This document shows, piece by piece, positions 11,730 to 23,359 of a stretch of 64,000 nucleotides of DNA. Source of the DNA: Octopus sinensis (Eukaryota); assembly GCF_006345805.1 (NCBI RefSeq), contig NC_042998.1:139004001-139068000 (forward strand), given 5' to 3'. Below the pieces are notes generated by a model. It ran no database searches and had not been told where the DNA came from. It was given only the letters and a program-made list of their open reading frames with translations. Position numbers and translations under genes: made by a program. Positions within the stretch are counted from its first letter, which is position 1. Each line of letters opens with the position of its first letter.

Positions 11730-12560
11730 ATAAATATCCAACTTATTTTTTCCCCACCAAAACTAATACTTCATCAGCAAAATCTTTTGGATGGAAGATG
11801 ATGGGAAAATTTTCACACCAGTAGGCCACATCAGTTTCTAGCTCTTATGCCTAGAGTACAGATGTATAGTGCTTACTCATTATATTTTTGTGTTCATGAA
11901 GGTGACCAAATACATCAAGCAGAGACCCACATCACCTGTGATAATGGTGTTTGTGAAGTCTCAGTCATGGTTTATACAGTCCAGCGTATCCTGAGCGATT
12001 TCTATGCAGAGTTGCTTCTGCTGCTCTGTCAGCACCTTGGGCATGAATTTCACTGACACTCTCCACATGTACAAAACTGCCATTAAAATGGAATGCACTG
12101 ATCCTGTGCTTATCCCCTCTTTGTGAGCAATTTTTTAGATCGTTACTCAATGGTCTTCTATGACTAGTCACCAAACCTGCCTGAGTGTGCTTTGCTCTCC
12201 ATTCAAACAGACACATTTGAAGTGATTGTAGCACTCCTTGATCTGAGTTTTGCCCACAGCATTGTCACCGAAGGCCTGCTGAATCTTCTGGATGATTTGA
12301 GAATGAATATCACTAAGCATTTGGCGAAACGATACAATATCCCTGCTTGGTGTGTTTGGTAAAAATGAAAGTCCAACAAGCACGCACTACAAATCTGTAC
12401 TCAAGATGTAATTGTCAGGAACTGACGTGACCTACTAGCACAAAAATTTTTACACATATGCAGAAAGGGTGGCGTCACATCCCACCCAAAAGATTTTGCC
12501 CACAAAGTATTAGTTTTGGCAGGAAAAGTCAAATACTGATTGAGTGCATCTTGTGTGTAT
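11730..12560 (-). mobile_element. Internally deleted mariner-like element with long (~130-150 bp) imperfect TIRs
   Basis: Transposase N-terminal remnant IQKIQQAFGDNAVGKTQIKECYNHFK ... DFTNTIITGD. aaaactaatact..gcaaaatcttttgg..cctac..cagtt occurs at both ends in inverted orientation. Confidence 0.75.
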
Positions 12561-13274
12561 GTGTCATCATCATCATTTAATGTGTCCAGTCTCCATGCTG
12601 GCATGAGTTGGCCGGTTCGACTTAGAGCTGGCTAGCAGAGAGCTGTCCAGACTCCAACCGTCTGTTGTGGCATGATTTCTATAGCTGGATGCCCTTCCTA
12701 ATGTCAACCACTTAAGAGTGTGCTGGGTGCATTTATGCAGCACTGGCATGGGTGCCTTTTAAGTGGTACTATGTATGTGCATGTATGTATCATTGTTATA
12801 TATGTATGTGTGAATGTATAGTAGTTTCCTAGACTCCAGTCTCCAGCTCAAGCAAGAACTCATTTTCATTTTTGAAACATTCATTTACTATAATCCTTTT
12901 CTCTAATATGCACATCACCACTTAACATAGCATACACATGCACACCCATATCCAAATGCACACACAAAGCACCATTCTTTCTTCCCACATACATACCCAC
13001 TGCATAGACAAACACACACACACACAGTAACAGCTGCAACACAACAGAAATGCATACTCTCACAACAAAGTATATGTACTCACACACTCTCATAGCAATG
13101 ATATACACAGTCCTATTCACCAGAATACCTCCACACTACACCTAATCTCCTCTAACACACATATACCTGCTCATACTTGGCATCTGCACATGCATACAAG
13201 CATATACATGTTAAGAATAACTAACACTGAAAATTAAGCAATAACACACACACACACACACAAACACAAACACA

Positions 13275-13585
13275 CACAGTGACCAAGACCTTCGGCAATA
13301 TGCTTGAGAAGATGTGTCAAGCTAAGTGAAATCGTAGTTGTGGCCATTGCTAGTGTCATATAAATGGCACCTGTAAAATTGTAGTCATAGCCGTTGCCAG
13401 TGTCATGTAAATGGCACCCATACTCGTGACACATAAAAGCACTCATTACGCTCTAGGAGTGGTTGGCATTAGGAAGGGCATCCAACTGCAGAAACCATGC
13501 AAAATCAGACTAGAACCTGTTGCAGCTCCCTGGCTTACCAGTTCCAGTCAGACCATGGAAAGTGGATATTAGATGACGATGATGT
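13275..13585 (+). mobile_element. RTE 3' UTR/tail copy
   Basis: gagaaga..caagctaagtgaaatcgtag ... gagtggttggcattaggaagggcatcc ... gatgatg. Further tail-only copies at ~10720-10855(-), 12560-12770(-), 42688-42862(+), 61555-61950(-). Confidence 0.75.
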
Positions 13586-14619
13586 TCTCATTCTCATTAC
13601 TTTTCTATCTCATAATATACAAAGGATTTAAATGTGAACTACTATAAGTTTCATGCTTCAGTAACTCACATTTAAATGATATTTATCTCTCACTTTGTGG
13701 AGTACATTTTTGCTGATCACAATAACAGAACAGTATACTATGTGTGTGTGTATTGTATAGTTCCACTCATCTGACATCCTTGTGTCACATTATCAAATAT
13801 TCTACTATAATGGAACTCAGTCATAAAAACAAACAATTCTTTTTCAACCAGTTCGTCAAATATGTATTTGTGTTTTCAATTATCTTTATATTTGACATTG
13901 AAAAGATATCTGCCTATGTCTTTTCACTGAACAAGTTAAGTTTATGTTATACTTCAAAATTTCTAAACCACCCAGCTAAACACATACCTCTGCAATTACC
14001 ATATCTTCATGTAATTTCTTGGCATTTTCAGTGCTCAGGGTCATGGTTTCAGTCCCTGAGCCAGGCAGTGTGTTATGTTCCTAAGCAAAACACTTCATTT
14101 CATGTTGATTCTCTCTACTCCATTGTACATGAATGACCCTGTGATGGATTGGTGTCCTGTTCAGGAGCAGTGTTGTGATCTTGGTCACTTGTTCACTTTA
14201 CAAAAGTGATTGGCCAGACCTACGAATCTTGGGACTTGATAGTGCTTACTTCTCAATGAACATTGGCTCTGAAACTGGTATGCTCTCAGATCACTTTGCT
14301 CTAAACCACATTAATAACATTCATCTAGTTTTGGAAAATTTTTTTGTTTTCTTAACATTTGCCATACATCTACACCTTTATTTATCTCTGAATCAACCAT
14401 AAATTTCATTAACTTGTTCTTTTGTTTAACTCTTTCTTTCCTGTAAGACACAGTACCACAAGGGACTGCATCAGTCAGTCAGTCCTGAAACACACAATAT
14501 CACAAGACTCATACTAACCATATTTTATTTTGAAGGAAGTGAAAATCTCTAATGCAAAAACTTTAAAATTCTAATCCATTTTTCCATCATTCATTTTTGT
14601 TTTGTAACAAATGCACTAT

Positions 14620-14839
14620 TTAACCCTTTCGCTACTATATTTATTTTGAGATGCTCTGTGTTTCTTTTAATTACTTTAAATATAACAGAGAATTTAACTT
14701 AGTTATCATTCAGATAGCGTTAGGAACATAAATTGTAACTAAGGTTTAGTGAAAGATTTTAATTCAAAACTTATGAAAACAAGACAATTGTACTCAGAAC
14801 CAAAGCCAGTTTCTGCCAGGTTGGTAACGAAAGGGTTAA
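14620..14839. mobile_element. piggyBac-type MITE (~220 bp), subfamily A
   Basis: TTAACCCTTTCGCTAC ... GTAACGAAAGGGTTAA; TTAA-CCC/GGG-TTAA ends. Confidence 0.8.
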
Positions 14840-15279
14840 ACAAGTTGGTATTAATCAAGTGAAGGTACATGGCTCAGTGGTTAGAGCGTTGGGCTTACAA
14901 TTGTGAGGTTGTGAATTTGATTCCCAAGCTGGGTTGTGTATGTTCTTTATTTCACATTGTTCCAGTTTATTCAGCTGTAGAAATGAGTTGTGATGTCACT
15001 GGTGTCAAACTAGATCGACCTTTGCCTTTCTCATGGACAACATTAGTAGCATGGAGAGGGGAGACTAGTATGCATGGGCAGCTGCTGGTCTTCCGTAAAC
15101 AACCCTGCCCAGACATGTGCTTCAGAGGGGGAACTTTCTTGGTGCAATCTCATAGTCATTCATGACCTAAGAAGTTTCTTTTTAGTATGAATTAATGCAG
15201 ATGTCTTCAAAGAATTCACTTGTTCCAATATTTGTTCAAAATTACGAAAAAATGGTCTAAATGCATGTTCTATCTCAGT

Positions 15280-15504
15280 TTAATCCTTTCATTACCACAT
15301 TTCTTTTGAAACACACTGCTTTTGTTTCAATTAATTTTGAAAATATTGAAAGACTTATTAAAACAATTTTGACATTATTAAGCTGGTGCTTGGAACATAA
15401 ATTAACATGAAATTTTGATGAAAGGTTTTAGATCACTTTAAAACAGTAAATTTATATCATAGAACCAGGGGTGGTTTTGTGTGGATGGGTATCAAAAGGG
15501 TTAA
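15280..15504. mobile_element. piggyBac-type MITE, subfamily A
   Basis: TTAATCCTTTCATTACC ... GGTATCAAAAGGGTTAA; body similar to 14620-14839. Confidence 0.75.
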
Positions 15505-16559
15505 TCTATCGATTTCCCTGTTAACAATATACCTATTCTGTCCTCTCCATTGTTGTTATCCACTTAAAAGACCATGAACTGTTGTTGTTTCTTGCAGTGA
15601 AAAGTTTTGCTGTGTTACAAAAATGGACTCTTGACTGAAAACTTTTCCAACAGGATGTGAAAAAGTTTGTCATAAATTGTTAAACCCATGTTATATTCAT
15701 GCACAACTGCATTCCATTTTTTTTTTGTCTCTTTTCTGCAAAGGATATATTATTTGAATATCTGGCTGTAATGCATGAATTAGATGCTTCTTTTCACACC
15801 TTTCCTGAATTGGTTACTGTTAACATGGGAAGACGTCTTTTGGCTGGACAGTAAATTATTAGGTAGAACCAGATGTGAAACACTTGAACATTGGCTACTA
15901 TACTTTTCTACTTGAAAGTGAACAATGATGAAGAGATAGCTCTTAAGAGAAAAAATGGGAAATTACAACAAAATACTGGACAATTAAGTTCGTTGGACTA
16001 ATGGGTGTGTAGTTTAATGGAATTTTACTGCACATGTACACACACACACACACATCATCGGCCATCATCAGCTGCACTGTCATCATCGTTATTTAATGTC
16101 CTCTTTTCCATGTTTGCATGATCCAGGCAGAATTCAGTGAGGCAAAGTTTCTATGGTCAAATGTCCTTCTTGTTGCCAGTCTTCATCTGTTTCCAAGCAA
16201 GGTAATATTTTCCCATAGCTTCACATATTTCTCATGAAAGACTGCAAACAAACAACCTCATGTTGAAACCCACAACCATCACATGATGCCTGGACAGGGG
16301 TACATACAAACACACACACACACACACGATAGGTTTCTTTCAGTTTCCTTCTACCAAATCCACTCACAAAGCTTTGTTCGGCCTGGGGCTATACTGCAGG
16401 ACACTTGCCCAAGGTACTGTGCAGTGGGCCAGGCCTCAGACAAATTTTAAAGATGGAATATTTTCCACATCATACAGAAGATATAGAGCTCACAGTGGCG
16501 GTGGAGGGAGCAAAGCCTGAGGTTTTTGAATCGATCCCAATAGTCAAGGCTTGTCATAT

Positions 16560-16927
16560 TCTCCGCAGACCTCCGCCAAGCAGTTCATTTCAAGATATAT
16601 ACGCGAGTAAAATTACTAATAGAGAAACGAAAATAAACTTTGGAATCAGCGACGCCATGATAGGTTACATGGAAACGATGAATGTGTTTTCAAGGGAGAT
16701 AATCAAAGAACGTACTTCATGTAAAGTAGATATAACAAATGAAAAATCCTTTGAGACTCCATAAAAATTCCCGGATCACTACCAAAATTTCATTATCTGT
16801 TCCTTGTGTCATTACCAACTTTTCCTGCAATTTTCATCAATACCGTTCACAATTTATTGAACTATTTTGCACACGGACAAACCAACACCGATGAAAACAT
16901 AACCTCCTTCCTTTGTGGAGGTAATAA
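16560..16927 (-). mobile_element. Helentron-associated (HINE-like) element
   Basis: Minus strand starts TTATTACCTCC..GGAGGTTATGTTTTC and ends CTTGGCGGAGGTCTGCG; it accounts for much of ORF 16405-16764. Confidence 0.65.
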
Positions 16928-17864
16928 GGCTGAACAGGCAAAAACTGAGTGGCAGCTCCAGCTTTTACACATTAATAAATGCTTATGGCTTCAAGATAAA
17001 CAATGAATTTTAGTTTGGGGTGAATAAATTCCTTATAAAACAAAGCTACCGTGAAATAAGCACAGGCATAGCTGTGTGGTTAAGTAGTTTGCTTCCCAGC
17101 CATGTGGCTTTAAATTTGGTTCCACTGCCTGATAGCTTGGACATGTGTTTTCTATCACCCTGGCCCAACCAAAGCCTTGGAAATGGATGTGATTGATGAA
17201 AACTGAAAGAAACCTGTTGCGTGTGTGTGTGAGAGAGAGAGAGAGACCTAGTCTTGACACTACATGACAGCTGTAAATGAGTGTCAGTCATATGAATATG
17301 GATATCCATTGCCAATGTTCTGAAAGAACATATCTGACCTTGCCTGCATCTGACAGTAGATCTTTTTCAGTAACTCCATCTGACCCAAGCATGCATGGAA
17401 AAGTGCTCACTGAAAAGAAGAAAAACAATATTTGTTTCTTTATTGCCCGCAGGGGGCTAAACATAGAGAGGTCAAACAAAGGGATTAAGTCGATTACATT
17501 GACCCCAGTGCATAACTGGTACTTATGTAATCAACCCCAAAAGATGAAAGGTAAAGTCAACCTTAGCTGGATTTGAACTCAGAATGTAACAACAGACGAA
17601 ATACCGTTAAGAATTTCGCCCGGCATGCTAACATTTCAGCCTTTAAAAGAAAAACAATATTAAAAAAAGGAATGGTTGGTTTAAGCTCAAAGATCTAGTT
17701 GCTTCTGCCTGATGTAACAATGTCTCAAAACACTGGTGTCCCAGAATTCCATGCATCAATGAGCTGAGTGTATTGAACTCACCATCATTGTAAAAAAGAG
17801 AAGATATTCTTTGACATACATTACATCAACCAACATATTTTGCATCTGAACCTGCCTAGACATA

Positions 17865-18086
17865 TTAACCCTTTAGCATTCAGATTACTTTGTAAAATAT
17901 GTTTCTTTTTTCAAATCATTTTGAATTAATCCTACATTATCACATAGCTAGGAGATTTCAACGATGTGATCATCTATTTTTGGAATATCATTGTAAGGTA
18001 GGTGTGAGAGGTCAGTTCTAGCCAGTTTGAACATAAAAGTAGAATATTTAGACTGGATATGGTCAGTTTAAGAGCTAAAGGGTTAA
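17865..18086. mobile_element. piggyBac-type MITE, subfamily B
   Basis: TTAACCCTTTAGC ... GCTAAAGGGTTAA. Confidence 0.8.
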
Positions 18087-18531
18087 AAATACATATGCAA
18101 GTAATCATTGAAGGCATTATAGATCATTAAGAAAAATGTCTCATACTTGCTGCTTTCTAATGAAAAAAGAAATTGTGTTACTCAGATGTGCATTTGTAAT
18201 TTCATCCTTATGTATAGTTTGTTTCATCATCTTGCTTCTGGCTTTGAAAAAATATTTTAGCAAGTGTACCTTAGGAACATTGTATTTATGTAGTGTACAC
18301 ATTGTTACTCCCTATCTTTTTATCTGTACTTTATACTGTCACATGTTCTATGTACCACATGTTAACTATACAGTTGCTCTCTTCAGAAGTTCTGGTAGGA
18401 TGCTATGGTGTAAAGTAAAATGTATTGCCAACAAACACATACAAATAGTGTTGTGTTGAGAAAATTTTGGATATTCTTATTTCACTTCAACAGGAGCAGT
18501 TATTGTGTCAGCCACTTAGTTAATTAACTTC

Positions 18532-18582
<51 letters not shown>

Positions 18583-18598
18583 ATATATATATATTCTC

Positions 18599-18699
18599 AA
18601 TCAGCAGAAGTTACTAAATTGACTTAAGGGTTGGAAGTCCCGTGCATGGCATTTATCAAACTTTCAATCCTCAAGTCACTTTTGTAACTTCTGCTAATC
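18599..18699. repeat. Imperfect palindrome (40-bp arms, 21-nt loop)
   Basis: 18599-18638 versus reverse complement of 18660-18699: 33/40 match. A related shorter copy is at 19211-19283. Confidence 0.85.
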
Positions 18700-19463
18700 A
18701 AAAATATAAAATATGAAGAGCTTATTTTCAAAACTGGTATAAGTGCATATTTGGTTGATTTCATGTTAACCATTAAAACACAATCTGCAAGCTTCACGCA
18801 AGTTGAATTTTTTTTCAGTCAACCTGGGATAGATGCCATATAGACAGCAGGCGAATCTTAGTCTTCCAATCAAAATCAGATATATTCAAGTTGTTGTTTT
18901 AAACAATTATTCAAAAGTCATTGCGATGCATATATCTTGTTTTGAAAGCAAGCTCTTCAATATACTCATGTATTGAGTTCTGTTTATCATGTTCTACCAA
19001 ACACACATGAATTAAGCTTACATTGATTCCTCTGTAGTATTGTCTTGCATTTATAATAAAATGAATATATACAAATTATAAAAATAATAAAAATAAAAAA
19101 AAATGCAATACAAATCTACTTCTATTTTGTGGATTTTCACCTATCACAGGAGGTTTTGGAATGTAACACCCGTGAGTCAAGAGATTACTGTATATATATA
19201 TATAATCAATAATCAGCAGAAGTTAAGAATTGCCAACTCATGAAACTCTCAGCCCTTGAGCCAGTTTGTAACTTCTGCTGATCATCAATAAAATATAGAT
19301 TGATATATAGATATAGGGGTGTGTGTTTGTGCGCACGTGCGCGTACACACACACACACACCGGAGTAAACACATAAATGTGAAACAAGGTGGAAAAAAGA
19401 GTACTCAAATACCAGAGGTAGAGTAATATGCTTTATTTAAAAGCAGCAGAAATTCAACAAAAG

Positions 19464-19501
19464 CTGTTACTTGGAGTTTCACGTTCCCGTTTGTCAGACA
19501 G
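19464..19501 (-). ncRNA. Minimal type I hammerhead motif, degenerate mirror copy
   Basis: Minus strand reads TGT-CTGACAA-ACG(GGAA)CGT-GAA-ACT(CCA)AGT-A-ACA; G8 is replaced by A. Confidence 0.5.
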
Positions 19502-19503
19502 TT

Positions 19504-19541
19504 TTGTCCGACGAACGGGAGCGTGAAACTCTGAGTAACAA
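19504..19541 (+). ncRNA. Minimal type I hammerhead motif, C4 variant
   Basis: TTGT-CCGACGA-ACG(GGAG)CGT-GAA-ACTC(T)GAGT-A-ACAA: all three helices pair. The core differs from CUGANGA only at U4. Confidence 0.6.
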
Positions 19542-20371
19542 CTTTTGTTGAATTTCTGCTGCTTTTAAATAAAGTATATATATACTGCCGTGTGTGTATG
19601 TGTGCGTATAGCTGCTCAGTGCCTCTCCGAAAGAGAGAGAGGGATATATTGTAAGATATATGTCAGTAATATCACTATCTTTTGGTAGGACCCTTATCTC
19701 TGTTTGACCTAAAAACATGAACTATAATCATTTTACAAATGAGTCAGTTTAAGCTATCATTAATAGGTTTAGAGATAATTTTATGCTTTTAATTCATTCA
19801 ATATCCATACTGAAACTATCACTACAAACCATTTAAACATTTTCTTTACAAAATCTGTGATTCTCACAAATAAAAACTATGGTTCTATTTTTTAAAAAAT
19901 ATAATTCTGTATATTATATTTTTCTTTTTACAAGAATCAGAATCACATGATAGTTTGAAATCCCAGGAGAGAGAAAGGAAAAATTATTATTAATAGTTCT
20001 TAAAACTATTTGTGTACACATGATTCTTATTTAACAGGGTGTGTTGCTGTTCTCTCTGCAACTGGCATATTCCTAAATGCTGGTCTCACTGAAATGATTT
20101 GAGTGCTGATGATGTGCTATTTTTGTATCAGTGATGTAAAACGTGCAATACCCAAACAGATAGCATAAATTGGATACAAGTGCTGCAAACCCAGATAAAA
20201 ACATTTCATAATAATCGCAGTAGCAACTGCACTCTAGTTACAGAAACCAGCCCTACAACACTCGAGCTGTACTCTAGCTTGCTGTTGAAGCATTTTCACA
20301 CTTGCAGTCAGTCAGAGTGTAAGGTTCCAATACAAAACCTATAACTTTGTATTGATTTCCTTTTTGTACTG

Positions 20372-20670
20372 ACATGGCTCAGTGGTTAGAGCATCGAGCT
20401 CACAATCATGAGGTAGTGAGTTCGATTCCTGGACTGGGCTCTGTGTTGTGTTCTTGAGCAAGACACTTTCACTCAGCTGTAGAAATGAGTTGCGATGTCA
20501 CTGGTGCCAAGCTGTATCAACATTTGCCTTTCCCTTGGATAACATCAGTAGTGTGGAGAGGGGGTACTGGTATGCATGTGCGACTGCTGGTCTTCCATGA
20601 ACAACCTTGCCCAGACTTGTGCCTCGGGGGTTAACTTTCTAAGTGCAATCCCATGGTCATTTATGACCAA
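20372..20670 (+). mobile_element. tRNA-derived SINE, ~300-bp family (representative copy)
   Basis: A-box-like tggctcagtggtt and B-box-like agttcgattcc, then cttgagcaagacacttt..ctgctggtcttccat.aacaacc. Copies at ~14865-15168, 59477-59765 and partial 40885-41120. Confidence 0.8.
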
Positions 20671-20729
20671 AGAGAATCTTTACCCCTTACTTACACATGT
20701 TATACCCTGAAATATCCATTCGTTTTATT

Positions 20730-20783
<54 letters not shown>

Positions 20784-21599
20784 CTTTGTCTATGTTGTCC
20801 CTCTTCATTGCTTGATGATTGATGTTGGCTTGTTTACATCCCTGTAACTTAGCAGTTTGAGAAAACAGACTGATAAAATAAGTTCCAGACTTTAAAAAAT
20901 AAAGATAAGTGCTAGTTTTTGGGATTTTTTTTTTTCTTCTTCTTCAACTAAAACCCTTCAAGATGGTTCCCTGACATGCCCACAGTCCAGGACTGAAACA
21001 AGTGAAATATAAAAGATATTTAAGCAATCAATTCTAATGCACACATTTTTCCATTTTGTCAAATGATCAAAACAGTGGTATTCTCCACCCCATCCATTTC
21101 AACACTGTTAATTATCAGGAAGTCAAAGCATATGCATGCACACACACAGCTGGCTTCCAGCAGTTTCTATCTACTAAATTCATTAATAATTATAAGCTTC
21201 TTAACTGCATTGCTATGTCTGCACCTTTTGCTATTTAAAAATATTAAAGGCTTTGTATTCATTCCTTAATAATGGTGTCTTTCTCTCTCTAGAAAATCCC
21301 ACCATTTTAGTATATGCAGTGTACATCAATCATTATATCTAAAGGTGTTAGAGATTCACCTATATGCATCCTCTCTCTCTCTCCTCTCCCCCTCTCTCCC
21401 TCCTTCTCTGTAACAAGGTGTTTAAAACAACTGGCTGTTAGAGGGAATTCCTATAAATTAATGACCTAGTTCTTAATACTAAATCTGTAATAGAATTACA
21501 TAACACAAAGCATGTGTCTCTGAAACTGACATTCTTTTACTTTGGATACATTTTTGGATGCGCCTATGTCTTTGAGCAGTTTATAACTAGAAAAACACC

Positions 21600-21931
21600 A
21601 TTTTGAAGTGTCGTTTTCCCTTCTTTTATGCAACAAGAACAACCTGTTTCTCGACTGGATTGTGACTTGTGATGAAAAGTGGATTCTTTATGACAACCGG
21701 CAACACTCAGCTTCAAAAAACCAAGACAATGCCAAACACACCTTGAACGACTTCATCGCCACTAAAACGCAGGATTTTATGCTACTGGCATAAGTAAACT
21801 TGTTTCATGTTGGCAAAAGTGTGTTGATTCTGATGGTGTTTATTTCGATTAATAAAGTTTTGTTTGAGCCGAGATACATGCATCTGAATTTAAAGGTTAA
21901 AAACCACAAGAACTTTCTTGACAAGCTAATA
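21600..21931 (+). mobile_element. Internally deleted mariner (Hsmar1/SETMAR-like) remnant
   Basis: FLDWIVTCDEKWILYDNRQHSA joined to C-terminal FYATGISKLVSCWQKCVDSDGVYFD*, then a mariner-like end aactttcttgacaagctaata. Confidence 0.85.
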
Positions 21932-23131
21932 CTTTAGGCAGGTGACTTTTACTATAGCCTTAGGCTCACCAAAGTCCTGTTAGTGGATTTGGTAGATGGA
22001 AATTGAAAGCCCATCGTGTGTCCCTGTGCACATGTGTGTGTGCGTTTGTGTTCATATCTCCTTAAGTTAATTTTGCATGCTATATCCAACCATTGTGTTG
22101 TTTATGTTCAAAGGACTAAGGAAAATATTATCTTGCTTGGCCACAGGAAGAGCATATAGCCACAGAAAATATGCTTCACTGAATCTCATCCAGCCTGTGC
22201 AAGTATAGAAAAGTGAAAATTAAAGCAATAGTGGCAGCAGGAATGTAGTAGTGGTTCCTGTCTTCATCATCAATTTAACCCTAAAATATCTACAGTACAT
22301 ACCAATAAATGTTTGGGTTTTTTTATTGCAACAAAACTTAATCAGTTATCAGTTTTCACTGTAGTTCTACTTACTTTGATTAAGTGCATTTTCCTGTTTT
22401 TTTAATCTTTTTAAACACTGCTTGTAAGTTTGTATGTAGGTTCCTCCCTCAACTGTATTTTTATACTGCATGATTACTAGTGTAGATAATACAAACAAAA
22501 CAAAAAAACCCCCAATGAACTTGGTTATCAAACTTGATGTCAGATGTGATCACTTTATCTCACTGGTAATTCTTTCATCAGTCTCTTGGGATAATAGGTT
22601 AAATTGATATTGGCATAAATTCAAGCTCAGAATTGTAAGTTGTTAACGATCTCATCAATTATACAATCTAGCCTTCAAGTTTCATTAGTTAGGCTTTGTC
22701 AAACTTTATCATCCAGTTCACCTTCTATTTCTGGCCATTTCATGCTTATTGACTACATCCTCTGACTTACGTTATTGTGGTTCCAACTACAACCACTGAT
22801 ATGCAGTCAATCACTCATTGCTTTACATCATTTGCACATCGTTTTTACTTGTTTCCCTTTTTTGTTTCATGTCTTGCTTTTACTTCTTAGTTTCTTTTCT
22901 GACCTCCTCTTTCTTAATTTAGTCTATCAACTGTTTCACCCATTGGTATCGCACAATAGCATGAATCTATAAGTTAACAAAAGTATCTACAACAATAACC
23001 ACTCACTCTTTTTGATAGCAATCCTTGTGAGACTGCCCTTGGTTCTACAATACAAACCTTTACATCTTAAAATGATCTAAATTAAAACTTTCCCTTGAAA
23101 TTTCATGTTAATCTATGTTCTAAACACCAGC

Positions 23132-23359
23132 TTAACCCTTTAGCATGCAGATTACTTTATCAAATCTAATGTTTATTCATTCACCTCATTTTGAATTAAT
23201 CCTGCATTATCTTGTAGCCTTGAGATTTCAATTATGTGATTATCTATTTTTAGAATGACATTGCAGGGGAGGTGTAAGGGGCCAGTTCTAGTTATTTTGC
23301 TCATAAAACATATAGAATATTTTGGCCAGATATGACCGGTTTAAATGCTCAATGGTTAA
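23132..23359. mobile_element. piggyBac-type MITE, subfamily B
   Basis: TTAACCCTTTAGCAT ... ATGCTCAATGGTTAA; body similar to 17865-18086. Confidence 0.75.

Larger units (their letters stand above)
19360..19574. mobile_element. Palindromic Penelope-like fragment with back-to-back hammerhead motifs
   Basis: 70-bp arms 19431-19500 and 19505-19574, 4-nt loop, 6 mismatches (all transitions). The left copy extends upstream to ~19360. It sits between (CA)n and (TA)n tracts. Confidence 0.65.

Noticed and set aside
14865-14940. tRNA-like sequence (also near 20372, 40885, 59477)
   Set aside because: SINE heads: A/B boxes are present but there is no intact cloverleaf, and each continues into the SINE body.
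16405-16764. 119-aa ORF
   Set aside because: Spans a SINE end and a HINE-like element; chance open frame.
20080-20140. Possible box C/D snoRNA (TGAT..CTGA motifs)
   Set aside because: Boxes are too close together, with no terminal stem or recognisable guide.
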